Shown: positions 25,736 to 35,451 of the stretch, one piece after another
Layout: each line of letters opens with the position of its first letter
Position numbering within the stretch: the stretch's first letter is position 1
Origin: a virus
Lineage: Duplodnaviria > Caudoviricetes
IMG/VR virus record: IMGVR_UViG_3300032219_000334
Span: 1-35,472 of that record
Strand: one strand, 5' to 3'
DNA: 35,472 nt
Position numbers and translations under genes: made by a program
The notes under the pieces: model-generated
Databases searched by the model: none
Told to the model about the DNA's origin: nothing
The model's input: the letters and a program-made list of their open reading frames with translations, nothing else

Positions 25736-26356
25736 TTACCTCACGTTATAAGACATTGACATTGGCTGACCACTGTACTCACTACTCTGGTCTGCTACCG
25801 TTATTGATGATATTGCTCTATCGTACAAACTAGCCCAAGTCTGTAACCTTACGTCATTCATTAAATAAGGCTCTGCCTCACCTAATGCTGCGTACAGTAA
25901 AGCGTCTGGATAATTAACTAAAAACACATTACCAGTATTAGTATCACTTAAGAAATAAGGCTGTGCGTAGTAAAGCATTTGAAGCTGATAAGCAGTATCA
26001 GGAACAGGAGACAATTGAATTTCAGTAGATAATACTGTGTATTCAGTTGGCTTACCTGACTCTGTAACTCTGTAGGAATTATAGAAAGCATTAGGAGCTG
26101 AGTAAGCTAAAGTAGTAATAGGATTCGTATTAACGTGAATGTCACGCATTGACAAGAAGTCTGTAGGTAATCCTACGGTAGAGTCACCACCTGTCGTATT
26201 TGCTGTAGCTACAACCAACATCTGACGAGTTCTGAGTTCTCTACGCAAACGTAATTCAGCCAACTGGATGAACGTAGGAATCATAGCCGTTAAATCACTA
26301 CGAGCTAAGTAACTAGCTATCGTAGTCTTTAGTTCACTGTATGTACTAAAAGCCAT
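25736..26356 (-). CDS. Head-tail adaptor
   Basis: TYSEL...FIQLAE..L.R.LR...LP.DF...P.PD..Y...PDALLYAAL. Confidence 0.75.
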   Translation of the reverse strand: MAFSTYSELKTTIASYLARSDLTAMIPTFIQLAELRLRRELRTRQMLVVATANTTGGDSTVGLPTDFLSMRDIHVNTNPITTLAYSAPNAFYNSYRVTESGKPTEYTVLSTEIQLSPVPDTAYQLQMLYYAQPYFLSDTNTGNVFLVNYPDALLYAALGEAEPYLMNDVRLQTWASLYDRAISSITVADQSSEYSGQPMSMSYNVR

Positions 26357-26357
26357 A

Positions 26358-27011
26358 TTATTCCTCTAGTTGCTCAAAATCTTCCCAGCCATACTCATAC
26401 GTACCTACGTGTTTGATGTGCATAGAAAGCTCGTGATCCACCCAAGTATCAAAGCCATTATCGCCAGCCTTAACGCAAAAGTGAACGTCCTCACCGACTA
26501 CACCAGTTGGCCCCCATCCCGCATCAAACCAAGGCTGAGGAACCTTCTCAAACACTTCCCTACGAATCATTACCGCCCCAAAACCCACAGCAGTAATCTT
26601 TTCAATACCTTCCTTACCACGAGAATCGACATTAGACCAATGATGACGAATCCCCTTCTCATCCTCTGACTTAACTAACAACTTAGCAGTAGGCATACAT
26701 GGTTTACGTCTAGTGACAGCATTGACACCTACGATCCCAACCTCACGAGATAACATTATCGTTATCAGATCAGGAGGAAAACGCATATCGCTATCAATGT
26801 ACAGAACAGCGTCACAGCCCTCTTTTAATGCTACCTGAGCTAACTTCTCACGCTGATCGAATATAAGCGTTCCAGGCATCGTATAAAGGCTTAGACCACC
26901 CTTACCGTCCTTGCATCGAACAGACGCATCGTGTGCAGCCATCCTAGCAAAATCAAACGCAAAACCTGTATGTACTTCGTCTCTACATGGAATACAAACG
27001 CCAACTCTCAT
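26358..27011 (-). CDS. Glycosyltransferase, GT2 / GT-A fold
   Basis: VCIP, IDSD (DxD), GFGAVMI.R.VF, GEDVHFC, HVG motifs. Confidence 0.85.
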   Translation of the reverse strand: MRVGVCIPCRDEVHTGFAFDFARMAAHDASVRCKDGKGGLSLYTMPGTLIFDQREKLAQVALKEGCDAVLYIDSDMRFPPDLITIMLSREVGIVGVNAVTRRKPCMPTAKLLVKSEDEKGIRHHWSNVDSRGKEGIEKITAVGFGAVMIRREVFEKVPQPWFDAGWGPTGVVGEDVHFCVKAGDNGFDTWVDHELSMHIKHVGTYEYGWEDFEQLEE

Positions 27012-27307
27012 ACTGTTCCTCGATATATCTTTAATACTGCTTGGTCAGGATGATTAAACCACTTTTTAAAAGCGACTTCATCAACAATAACAAATCCACG
27101 CATGATTCCCATTTCATTTAGCTTATCAATAGCCGTAAAAGGTATTGAGCCTATTAAATGTAAATCTTCGGTTGCTCCTGTCCTAGCTTTATCAATGTCT
27201 CTAAGAACTTGATTACGTTCTAAGATGTCAGTTATATCTTGATTAGTTTCGATGATAATGCCGCCATCACCGTCCGCATGAACTGTTTGAGTGCGATAGT
27301 TTTCCAT
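27008..27307 (-). CDS. Hypothetical protein downstream of the MCP
   Basis: QDITDILE.N...IGSIP...KWFN.PD; 99 aa. Confidence 0.75.
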   Translation of the reverse strand: MENYRTQTVHADGDGGIIIETNQDITDILERNQVLRDIDKARTGATEDLHLIGSIPFTAIDKLNEMGIMRGFVIVDEVAFKKWFNHPDQAVLKIYRGTV

Positions 27308-27317
27308 TAATCCCTCT

Positions 27318-27345
27318 AAAAAGCCCCTACCATCAGGCAGGGGCT
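27318..27345 (-). terminator. Rho-independent terminator after the major capsid gene
   Basis: AGCCCCTGCC-TGAT-GGTAGGGGCT followed by TTTT on the minus strand. Confidence 0.85.
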
Positions 27346-27352
27346 AGTCAAA

Positions 27353-28297
27353 TTACAGCGAGAAGTCTAAGTCAGCAACGATACCATGTGCTGCTTCGTT
27401 CTTCACTTCCAAAGTTACTTCAGCAAGAATCTGAGTTTTCTCAGAGTCACCAGACTTAGCCAATTCATTAGTCATGAATGGACGTAAGTAAGCCATAGCT
27501 GCATACTCAGGATCCAAGATCAACATATCACGACTACGCATGAATCTGTCAGGCACTATACTCAGAGTCCCAAAATCGCTAGCGTAGAGATCAGCCGCAC
27601 CCACGATAACACCAGGCTCTGCTTTCGTTAATTGATAACGATTAACAGCGATACCAGCAAATGTAGATACCTTCTGCTTACCTGCTGAACCAACGAATAC
27701 AGCCTTTGGTGAACCACCTTGATCAAAGATCGAAGCGATAACAGTTTTCATCAATGCTTCAGTTGCAGTACGCTGTGTACCATCGGTACGGGTAGATGTA
27801 CCCGAAGTTGCTGGAGCAGAACCACTTGCGCCTTGTGAGCTGTTGGTCTTGATCCATGACAACAATGAACCCATAGTACGAGCTACAGTTGATGTACCTG
27901 CTGACTTACCTTGATTAGCAGTGATGATAGTCTCTAAGTCACGCTTGATTTCAGCAGAAGCCTTAGCTAACTGGTAAGCCTTTTCTGACTTACGACCTGC
28001 TTTGTTTACTTTGTCCAAAGTACCAGAAACTTGAACAGTTTTCTGTACGATCTGTGTGTAGTTACCTACACGAGTCGTTGGAGAAGCAGTGATAGATGTA
28101 GCGTCTGCACCCTCAACCGCAGCGTTAGCGGTAGTAGCAGCAGAAAGCGAGTCAGTCTGCCACTCATGGTAAACAGCAGTTGCGCTAGTCTTACCGATAG
28201 AGGACATAATTGGTGTATCTGTTGGGCTGATGTTATAAATAACGTCAGATAAATCTTCACGCATGCCGATGGCGGTGAAAGTTTGAAAAGTAGGCAT
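27353..28297 (-). CDS. Major capsid protein (DUF5309-like, HK97 fold)
   Basis: REDLSDVIYNISPTDTP, HEWQTD, NYTQI, LAKSGDSEK motifs; follows the scaffold; terminator downstream. Confidence 0.9.
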   Translation of the reverse strand: MPTFQTFTAIGMREDLSDVIYNISPTDTPIMSSIGKTSATAVYHEWQTDSLSAATTANAAVEGADATSITASPTTRVGNYTQIVQKTVQVSGTLDKVNKAGRKSEKAYQLAKASAEIKRDLETIITANQGKSAGTSTVARTMGSLLSWIKTNSSQGASGSAPATSGTSTRTDGTQRTATEALMKTVIASIFDQGGSPKAVFVGSAGKQKVSTFAGIAVNRYQLTKAEPGVIVGAADLYASDFGTLSIVPDRFMRSRDMLILDPEYAAMAYLRPFMTNELAKSGDSEKTQILAEVTLEVKNEAAHGIVADLDFSL

Positions 28298-28306
28298 AAT
28301 ATTTCC

Positions 28307-29281
28307 TTATAAGAATCGTTCAAAAGCGGCTGCGGCATCACTAATCTTTCCAGATTGTCTAGCTCTAGCCTTCAGTTTTTTAATATCCTCAGCTCCACTA
28401 TCTCTTGGGTTTGATACTCCAGGCTTCATCGCCTTTGGAGCTTCATTCACCTTCTTAGCAATAGCTGGTTGCGATGCTTTCAATTTATCGTACTGCATAG
28501 CTTTATAAAGCGTTAATACTGCACGAGAATCAAATACATTCGCTAGTTCATCATCCGAGAATCCAGCCTGTTTACCGTAGCTGCGTATCTCTTTACGGAT
28601 TACCTCACCCTTAACAGGATCAGCGTATTCAGGTAACGCACCAACTAACTTCTCAGCTTCCTGTGCAACCTTTGCACGTAACTGATTCTGTCTATCATAT
28701 TCCTGCTGTTGAGCTATATGCTCTCTTTCGGCACGAACCTGCGCTAACTGCTTTTCCCTCTGAGACATCTCTGCAACCTTAACAGCGTAACCGATTGGAT
28801 CGGTCTCTTTCAGGTATTCCAGATTCTCTGTTTCTTGAGGCTGCATCAAGGCTTGCTCGATATACTGCAACCTCTCCGCATAAGTATCTCGGAGTTGCTT
28901 CGCTTCTTGAACTGCATGGCGTTCAGCTTCAACTGCCTTACGTTCTTCCGCTACAGCTTGCGATTTCTTTGTATAATCAGTGCCAAGTTGATACGACTTA
29001 ATAAGCTCATCTAGGGTTACATCACGTTCTTCTCCCGCAGCTTTCACTCGGAATGTTTGATGTTCCTCTGGCTCATCAGCTTCTTCTTGTTCTACCTCAG
29101 ACTCGTCCGATTCCTCGTATTCCTCTGATTCGGCATCGCTATCGTTGGATTCTGTGCGCTGTTCTGGTTGTCCTTGTTCGGAGCCGTCATCATTGCCCAT
29201 TAATCCCAAAATAGCGTTAGCTGCACCATTTACATCTAACTGCGCACTTCCCTCTGGAGTGGTGCTTTCAGTATCGCTCAT
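28307..29281 (-). CDS. Capsid scaffolding protein
   Basis: Acidic N-terminus, VTLDEL...DYTKKSQ, coiled coil; between portal and MCP. Confidence 0.85.
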   Translation of the reverse strand: MSDTESTTPEGSAQLDVNGAANAILGLMGNDDGSEQGQPEQRTESNDSDAESEEYEESDESEVEQEEADEPEEHQTFRVKAAGEERDVTLDELIKSYQLGTDYTKKSQAVAEERKAVEAERHAVQEAKQLRDTYAERLQYIEQALMQPQETENLEYLKETDPIGYAVKVAEMSQREKQLAQVRAEREHIAQQQEYDRQNQLRAKVAQEAEKLVGALPEYADPVKGEVIRKEIRSYGKQAGFSDDELANVFDSRAVLTLYKAMQYDKLKASQPAIAKKVNEAPKAMKPGVSNPRDSGAEDIKKLKARARQSGKISDAAAAFERFL

Positions 29282-29300
29282 GTTTTCATTTCCATAATTA

Positions 29301-29319
29301 TATAGGGAACCGCCCTATA
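29301..29319 (-). promoter_or_regulatory. Perfect hairpin in the scaffold leader
   Basis: TATAGGG-N5-CCCTATA about 20 nt upstream of the ATG; no U tract. Confidence 0.55.
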
Positions 29320-29323
29320 CGGA

Positions 29324-29554
29324 CTACAAAATCTTCCATCTTTTTGCGTCAATGAGCTTCTGGTTAGTAAGCCCTTGAATATAGCCTTCTATATCCTCTA
29401 GAACTCGGAGTCGTAAATACGCTTGCTCACGTAGTTCCATGTCGCTGTAATCTGTGCTTCTAAACTTCTGTATCTCTAACTCTTTTAGCTCGTTCATTAC
29501 CTCAATGAATCGATCATCTTGAAGTATGCGAGCTGCCCAATCTGCTTTACTCAT
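29324..29554 (-). CDS. Small hypothetical protein between portal and scaffold
   Basis: 76-aa helical ORF, ATGA-coupled. Confidence 0.75.
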   Translation of the reverse strand: MSKADWAARILQDDRFIEVMNELKELEIQKFRSTDYSDMELREQAYLRLRVLEDIEGYIQGLTNQKLIDAKRWKIL

Positions 29555-31644
29555 TGGACTAAACCACCTAATTCTTTAATCGCTTTTAAGACAATCTCAG
29601 CCTGTTTCTGACGCATTTGCTCATCAGCCATATCCATCGTTAGGATTGCCTGTAGTTGCTGAACAGCTAACTGTGCTTCTTTAATCTTGATGTCAGCCTG
29701 TTGCTGCTGATTCTTCATAGCCATCTCTAGACCCTTTTGGGTATATTGAGCCTCGAGTTCCTGCTGCTTTAACTTTAGCTTCTCCGAGTCAATCTGTGAT
29801 TTCGCAGCGATCTTCTCTCTTTCAACGTTCGCAAGCATCTGAGCTACTTCAGCCTGAGCATCTGGTGACGGTGGCTGTGGCTGCGCTAACGCTGCGTCCT
29901 GCTCTGGAGTTATCTCATTCAAGAAAGCGTTTGCATCTTTAAACCCTGCTGACTCAATAAATTTTGCTAACGTGGTGCGATACTGACCTACCGATACTAG
30001 CGGATTAGATGGGCCAAACTGCTGCAATATCTGTTCTTGTTTCGCTAGAATCATCTGCAACATTGCCAGCTTCTGATCTCTGTCACCAGAGCCTAAACCT
30101 ACGTTAATGCTAATGTCGTATTCATTCGCCCAAGTTCTAGGATCGTACTGTACGTACTTGCCACGCATACGGATAATCTTAGCCTTGTCCTGATACTTGC
30201 CCAATAAATGCAAGATAGCTCTGAACAACGACTTAACGCCAGTGTCAGCAAAGATACGAGCGATCAACTCTAGCTTGCCGCTATTAGACTTCATCATAGC
30301 CGCTACAGCAGTTGCTGTGACGTTAGATAATATATCTGGATCTAAACCTGACGATGCGTCTGTAACGCCTGTACGCTTGGCTGCTACACCGTCCAGATAC
30401 TCAAACATTGGGAACGCTTGACCTGTAACTGAAGGAACTTGTAACGGTATCAGAGCATTAGGATTCTTTACTCGGATAATGCCGCCAGGAGTAGCGTTAA
30501 GCATATCGTCAAGATTAACCTGACCGTCAACCACGCCAACACGAGCATTGTTAGTTAGATACAAGTTATCCAAAGTCTGACGCATTAACGTGGACTTGAT
30601 TAACTGAATATCCATTGTTCTATCAGCTAATGACTGACCAAAAAACTTGTGCGGGATTGGAATAGGACATAACGAATGGAACGGAATTATGTCAGTCTCA
30701 TCGTCAAACAGAATCTCGTTACCGCAGTAAACAATCCTGCGTAACTCAGCAATACCGTCATCGTCCTCGTCAATACGTATAAAGCACTCGTATATCTCAA
30801 CTGTCTGCATTGAGAAGTCTAGGCTAGGAGCTGAATCAGGCTGCTCACCTTGATCGAATCGTGCAATACGCTCAGGACTGTAAGTCAGATCATCATACGT
30901 TGGCAGACTGTCAACTACGTCTTTATCGTAACCCATAGCGATCAAGTCACTACGTGGAACTAAACGTCTGTGCGCTACGAACGGAGAATCATCAATAGTC
31001 TTAGCTGCCTTAGAGATCAAGAATTCTTCTGGTGGCACGTTCTCAATACGTACATTACCTGACTTCTTAACCTTCTTAACCGTTACAGAGTAAGACGGAG
31101 CCATAATCGGCATACCCATCTCATCAACTCCAGCTTCTACCATCTCTACCTTCTGACGCACAACTTCCATTGACTCGTCAGATAGCAATAAAGCAAGTTC
31201 TTCTTCTGTTAAGTTCTTGTACTTCTCTTTAACTACATCTTCTTTTGATTCCCAGTAAGACTTAACGATACCTGTCTTTTGTAACAGCGCATCCTTAAAC
31301 CAGTTATGCAGAATCAATAGACCATCGTTCTCACGATAGAACACCCAATTACAGTATTCGGTAGCTTGCTTGGCTGATTCCTCGTCATTAGGTGACTTAG
31401 GCTCAAAGTAAACAATATCCTCTGTTGTAGTAAAGACACGTAGAAGCTGTGGCAATGCGCCATCAATAGCTTCAGCTACCTCGCCTGTAACGATCTGGCT
31501 ACGACCTTCTACCTCATTGCCGTAAGCCTCACGTAAGTAATACTGTAATGCTCTAGTACGCTCGTCAGTAGTCTCAGAGTCGATGAACCCGATTGCGTTC
31601 TCAATCTCGTTATCTAAGATACCTTTTACTTGTCCTGAATCCAT
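29551..31644 (-). CDS. Portal protein (P22-like, with Gln-rich C-terminal barrel)
   Basis: 697 aa; DALLQKTG, VPPEEFL, PF...PH.FFG.S, RTGV motifs; follows TerL. Confidence 0.9.
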   Translation of the reverse strand: MDSGQVKGILDNEIENAIGFIDSETTDERTRALQYYLREAYGNEVEGRSQIVTGEVAEAIDGALPQLLRVFTTTEDIVYFEPKSPNDEESAKQATEYCNWVFYRENDGLLILHNWFKDALLQKTGIVKSYWESKEDVVKEKYKNLTEEELALLLSDESMEVVRQKVEMVEAGVDEMGMPIMAPSYSVTVKKVKKSGNVRIENVPPEEFLISKAAKTIDDSPFVAHRRLVPRSDLIAMGYDKDVVDSLPTYDDLTYSPERIARFDQGEQPDSAPSLDFSMQTVEIYECFIRIDEDDDGIAELRRIVYCGNEILFDDETDIIPFHSLCPIPIPHKFFGQSLADRTMDIQLIKSTLMRQTLDNLYLTNNARVGVVDGQVNLDDMLNATPGGIIRVKNPNALIPLQVPSVTGQAFPMFEYLDGVAAKRTGVTDASSGLDPDILSNVTATAVAAMMKSNSGKLELIARIFADTGVKSLFRAILHLLGKYQDKAKIIRMRGKYVQYDPRTWANEYDISINVGLGSGDRDQKLAMLQMILAKQEQILQQFGPSNPLVSVGQYRTTLAKFIESAGFKDANAFLNEITPEQDAALAQPQPPSPDAQAEVAQMLANVEREKIAAKSQIDSEKLKLKQQELEAQYTQKGLEMAMKNQQQQADIKIKEAQLAVQQLQAILTMDMADEQMRQKQAEIVLKAIKELGGLVQ

Positions 31645-31673
31645 AGCTAAACCCTATGCGGATATTTTGCTTA

Positions 31674-32921
31674 TTATACAACCCATTTGGTGCTTATTGA
31701 CAACGAATTTCCCCAATCATCGTTACTCATTGCCTCTGCATTTATGCACGTATAGCGCAAATTGTCTGCCCCATGGCTCCATTCGTCATGCAATGGCGCA
31801 CCAGGCTCTTGTGTTTGCTGATTAATCGACCGCCTGTACCGTTTAGCGCATTGTATCAATTTTTCGCAATTATTCTTATCAAAATATATACGATTGAACG
31901 TCATGCGTGTAAGTCTTATCCCATCCTCAACACTCATACTTGGCGTAATTGCAACATCCCAGCCAAACGCTTGCATTATTTCTTCGGTTGATTTACCTGT
32001 TTTATAGTCCCTAGTTCTTCCATCGTGAGGCAAATACATCTTGCCCCAATTCATATTCTTTTCTTTTAGCCATGAGGAATAGTGGTCTAAAGTCTTATGA
32101 CTATCCTCGTAATATTCAATCAGCCTAATCTCAGAAGCGTGTTTCTGTACCAAACTTATAGCCATTGCGTCATTCCAACCCAAGTCAAACACAATATGAA
32201 CCTTTAGCATTGGATCGTAAGGAACATTACAAATACGACCTTCTTCTAATGATGAGGATATTTCGTCATAGTAAATAGCACCTGAAACAGCAGGTTTGCA
32301 CTCACCATCCCATATATTTGCGTAATCTTTAGGATTAGTTAACGCACAATGCAATCTTTCTTTTTCAAGAACTTCAGGAAACCAGGGATTGTCATTCCAA
32401 TTAACTTTTGCAATTAAAGCATCTGGTGGTGGATTTATTGCAAATCTTTGATGAGTTTCATCAGTATCCAAAGATGGATTGTAGCTAACCCAAATCTCAG
32501 AATTATCTTTCCTGATCGTAGGAATTAGAACATCCCAAGAACGCTTTGAGACAACCTGAGCTTCCTCTACCCATACAATATCAACACCCTCAAAAGACTT
32601 AATCGACTCCACCGTATGAGAAGCCAATCCAGCAAAAGCAAACTCAGTTCCGTTCTTTCCTCTAATGGCGTTCTCAATAACCTCGTAGAAGTCACCCATA
32701 CCCATAGCCTGTATCTGGTCTGATAGCAGCTTGTGAACTGAATCCTTAATAGACTTCTGCACCTCACGAGCGCATAAAATCCTATGCTTCTTAGCTTTAC
32801 CTTTAACTAATAAAGCCCTAGCAAAAGACCAAGACTTAGCTGATCCCCTACCGCCATAAGCAACCTTGTATCTACTAGGCTCAAATAAGAATCCTAGCTT
32901 CTCTGGAAAATCAACCTGCAT
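31674..32921 (-). CDS. terL: Terminase large subunit (PBSX-type)
   Basis: GGRGSAKS Walker A, WVEEA Walker B, FDLG and SHGAD nuclease motifs. Confidence 0.95.
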   Translation of the reverse strand: MQVDFPEKLGFLFEPSRYKVAYGGRGSAKSWSFARALLVKGKAKKHRILCAREVQKSIKDSVHKLLSDQIQAMGMGDFYEVIENAIRGKNGTEFAFAGLASHTVESIKSFEGVDIVWVEEAQVVSKRSWDVLIPTIRKDNSEIWVSYNPSLDTDETHQRFAINPPPDALIAKVNWNDNPWFPEVLEKERLHCALTNPKDYANIWDGECKPAVSGAIYYDEISSSLEEGRICNVPYDPMLKVHIVFDLGWNDAMAISLVQKHASEIRLIEYYEDSHKTLDHYSSWLKEKNMNWGKMYLPHDGRTRDYKTGKSTEEIMQAFGWDVAITPSMSVEDGIRLTRMTFNRIYFDKNNCEKLIQCAKRYRRSINQQTQEPGAPLHDEWSHGADNLRYTCINAEAMSNDDWGNSLSISTKWVV

Positions 32922-33246
32922 TTGGTCTTACTAGGTTTATCGTTATATTTGATTCAATCTCTACTGCGCCACCGTCTGCACCTGTGATCTCTGACCTAGC
33001 CAGCTTAGGTACGTGGTACTCACACAGCTTGTTCATTAGGTCTAAAGCCTTGTAAGGATCGTCCTTAGCTACCTGCTCTAGCCATCCATCCATCTTATCT
33101 ACGTTACGTTCTAGCAGCTTTGCAATAGCTTCCTTAACGATAGATGTTGACTTATTGACCGCACCTTTAGGTCTGCCCTTACCCATGTTAGTAAGGTTAG
33201 CTATTCGTGCATCTTCCTCTATTTTACTGGTGTAATCTGTTTCCAT
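32911..33246 (-). CDS. terS: Terminase small subunit
   Basis: GRPKGAVNK, PKL, EITGADGG motifs; directly upstream of TerL. Confidence 0.75.
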   Translation of the reverse strand: METDYTSKIEEDARIANLTNMGKGRPKGAVNKSTSIVKEAIAKLLERNVDKMDGWLEQVAKDDPYKALDLMNKLCEYHVPKLARSEITGADGGAVEIESNITINLVRPNAG

Positions 33247-33275
33247 TTTTGCATTACCTTTCTGGTGTCATGCGG

Positions 33276-34010
33276 TTACTTCTCAAATATACTTTTAATC
33301 TTTGCGTTTTTTAAAGCAATAGCAATATCGCCTTCATCAGCAGTATTTTTTATCACAATTGCATCATACTTGCCTGAGTTAACCGCATTTCTAAACCTTG
33401 TAGATTTATCTCCAAATTGCAATTCTCCTGCTTTTTTGCCTTTTGCATCTATTGTATATACCTTGTTAGCAGATAAATTTACTGGATATACAGCTCCTAC
33501 TGGAGGAGCAAATTCATTAGCAACTTTAGGATCCCTAGCAAAAAATCCTTTTATACCTTCTAAATCTGGCAATGATGAAAACGATGGGAATGGAGTCTTT
33601 CTATTTATATCTTTAGGATCAATTAAAGGGCCTGTATCTAAAACTTCTTGTTTCCATTGCGGTACATTAGGAACTGTAGCTCTAACTTCTTTAGTGTAGT
33701 CGTAAGGATACATTCCTTTATACCAAGTTCCTTGAAGCGGCTTGATACTACCAGTAAATCCTAACGCTAAATCCATTTGCTTCTGTTCTATATATTCCTT
33801 TGCTGCTGCTTGCTCTGGAGTTATCGGCAATCCACGAAATTCGTTCATTGACGCTTTTGCCGCTAAACTTGATAATCTGTTGTACTCTGCTGCCTCTTGA
33901 TTCAGCTTTGACATATATTGTCTAGGATCAGACATAAGCAAGCCAACATTACCTTTAGTCTCTTGGTATTGGTTCTTTATGGCTTGTAAGGCGTTATCCA
34001 GTAGTCCCAT
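33276..34010 (-). CDS. Protein with a C-terminal ADP-ribosyltransferase-like (ART-PolyVal-type) domain
   Basis: WYKG...FFARDPKVANEFA...GAVYPVNL...GKYDAIVI...IKSIF pattern. Confidence 0.6.
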   Translation of the reverse strand: MGLLDNALQAIKNQYQETKGNVGLLMSDPRQYMSKLNQEAAEYNRLSSLAAKASMNEFRGLPITPEQAAAKEYIEQKQMDLALGFTGSIKPLQGTWYKGMYPYDYTKEVRATVPNVPQWKQEVLDTGPLIDPKDINRKTPFPSFSSLPDLEGIKGFFARDPKVANEFAPPVGAVYPVNLSANKVYTIDAKGKKAGELQFGDKSTRFRNAVNSGKYDAIVIKNTADEGDIAIALKNAKIKSIFEK

Positions 34011-34689
34011 ATATTTCCTCGTACTTATCTGGTCTATTCAACCTTATCCATTCTCTCGGTTCCTCGTGACATTTTGCGTAGTCCATTCCTACTGTCTGAC
34101 TTCCTGCGTGATGAACATAAGCTGTGCTTACATAATGACTGAACCCTGCTTTAGATAGATCATCGCACATAATGTTATCTGAATACCAATTAGTGCTAGG
34201 GAATCTTGCTACGTCAAACGCCTGTTTACTGATGTAAGCAAAAATAGGCGCAATAACCCCTACTTCCTTGATGTGATCTTCTGATGCCCATTTTAACCCA
34301 GAGATAGAATCATTAGTAATACTACAACGGATATTTTGATCCCAAAGTACATAGTCACTTCTTGCTCCTACGAAACCTAGTTTGTCGGTGTGATTCTTTA
34401 GTAGCTCAATATCTGACTGTAGATTCTTATATGTTGTCGGAGTTATAACAACATCATCATTGGCTATGATAATCTCGTCATACAAATCGTAGAACGCCTT
34501 AGCCATAGCCTCGTTATACGCATCACCAAAGTTTGTAGATACGTTGTATATCCATGTGTGTACAAGCGCAGCATCCTCAACATTTTTACTGGATAGATAT
34601 ACAGGTATGTTCGGACAATAGGCTTTTAGGCTACTTAGTAGCACGTTTAACCCAATGTTTCCTGTGGAACAAATGACGATAGCTTTCAT
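33994..34689 (-). CDS. Glycosyltransferase, GT2 / GT-A fold
   Basis: NFG.AYN, ANDDV, WYSDN..C, VHHAGSQT motifs. Confidence 0.8.
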   Translation of the reverse strand: MKAIVICSTGNIGLNVLLSSLKAYCPNIPVYLSSKNVEDAALVHTWIYNVSTNFGDAYNEAMAKAFYDLYDEIIIANDDVVITPTTYKNLQSDIELLKNHTDKLGFVGARSDYVLWDQNIRCSITNDSISGLKWASEDHIKEVGVIAPIFAYISKQAFDVARFPSTNWYSDNIMCDDLSKAGFSHYVSTAYVHHAGSQTVGMDYAKCHEEPREWIRLNRPDKYEEIYGTTG

Positions 34690-34694
34690 GATTA

Positions 34695-35252
34695 TTAAGA
34701 ATCCAATACGCCAGGTATGTGCATCACCCTGTATTTTGCTTCAATCTTTTTGTAAGGATATTTCATTAGCTGCTCAACAACTCGCCAATCGTGACCATAT
34801 CCGTCAGTCCAAACAATACCAAGACTTTTTTTGTGAGCAATACAAGATGTGCCAATGCAACCTAACTTTAACTCTACAGTGCGCCTAACAACGTCAATAT
34901 GATCGTCCCACCATAACCAATCAGCATCTAAGTTGCTAACTATAGAATCTAAGTGACCATCCCCAAAAATATCATCAGAATCCAAGTACGCAATGTAGTC
35001 GTAAGAAGCCGCAGCTATTCCTGCGTTTCGTAAATCACCGGCAAACGTACTGCATTTTGGCAACGGACTTAAACATTTAACTGGGTACTCTGAAGCAATT
35101 TTTACCGTTTCCTCGCAGCCATCAGGAACTACAACCAACTCACCTATACCCTGCTTGAGAAAACTTTCTATTGCCCTTCTTAATTTATCTGGTCTGTTAG
35201 TAGCGCAATTAGGATACGCTCCTAAGAAACTTGGCATAACTATACTTATCAT
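34695..35252 (-). CDS. Glycosyltransferase, GT2 / GT-A fold
   Basis: ISIVMP, LRRAIES, DG, RNAGI..A..DYIAYLDSDD; probable start is ATG 35252. Confidence 0.85.
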   Translation of the reverse strand: MISIVMPSFLGAYPNCATNRPDKLRRAIESFLKQGIGELVVVPDGCEETVKIASEYPVKCLSPLPKCSTFAGDLRNAGIAAASYDYIAYLDSDDIFGDGHLDSIVSNLDADWLWWDDHIDVVRRTVELKLGCIGTSCIAHKKSLGIVWTDGYGHDWRVVEQLMKYPYKKIEAKYRVMHIPGVLDS

Positions 35253-35265
35253 GCTTTTAAATAAA

Positions 35266-35451
35266 TTACTTTTTTCTGGCTTTGTTCGTCTTTGTACGTG
35301 AACCACGCATCGGAAGGCTAATCTCGATCTCTAGCTTGCCGTTCTTCTTACCGTTCTTTTCTTTACCGTACTCTTTATCTTCCATCATGCAACCCTTACC
35401 GCCTTTGCACTCGCCACCTTTACATTTAGGACAAGATTTCATGCCTTTCAT
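35266..35451 (-). CDS. 61-aa Lys/Cys-rich small protein
   Basis: AAGGGG RBS; follows the 113-364 gene across the circular junction. Confidence 0.7.
   Translation of the reverse strand: MKGMKSCPKCKGGECKGGKGCMMEDKEYGKEKNGKKNGKLEIEISLPMRGSRTKTNKARKK

Noticed and set aside
30898-30910. 13-mer CGTTGGCAGACTG shared with the leader RNA (6819-6831)
   Set aside because: Same orientation, so it cannot pair, and a few 13-mer coincidences are expected in 35 kb.
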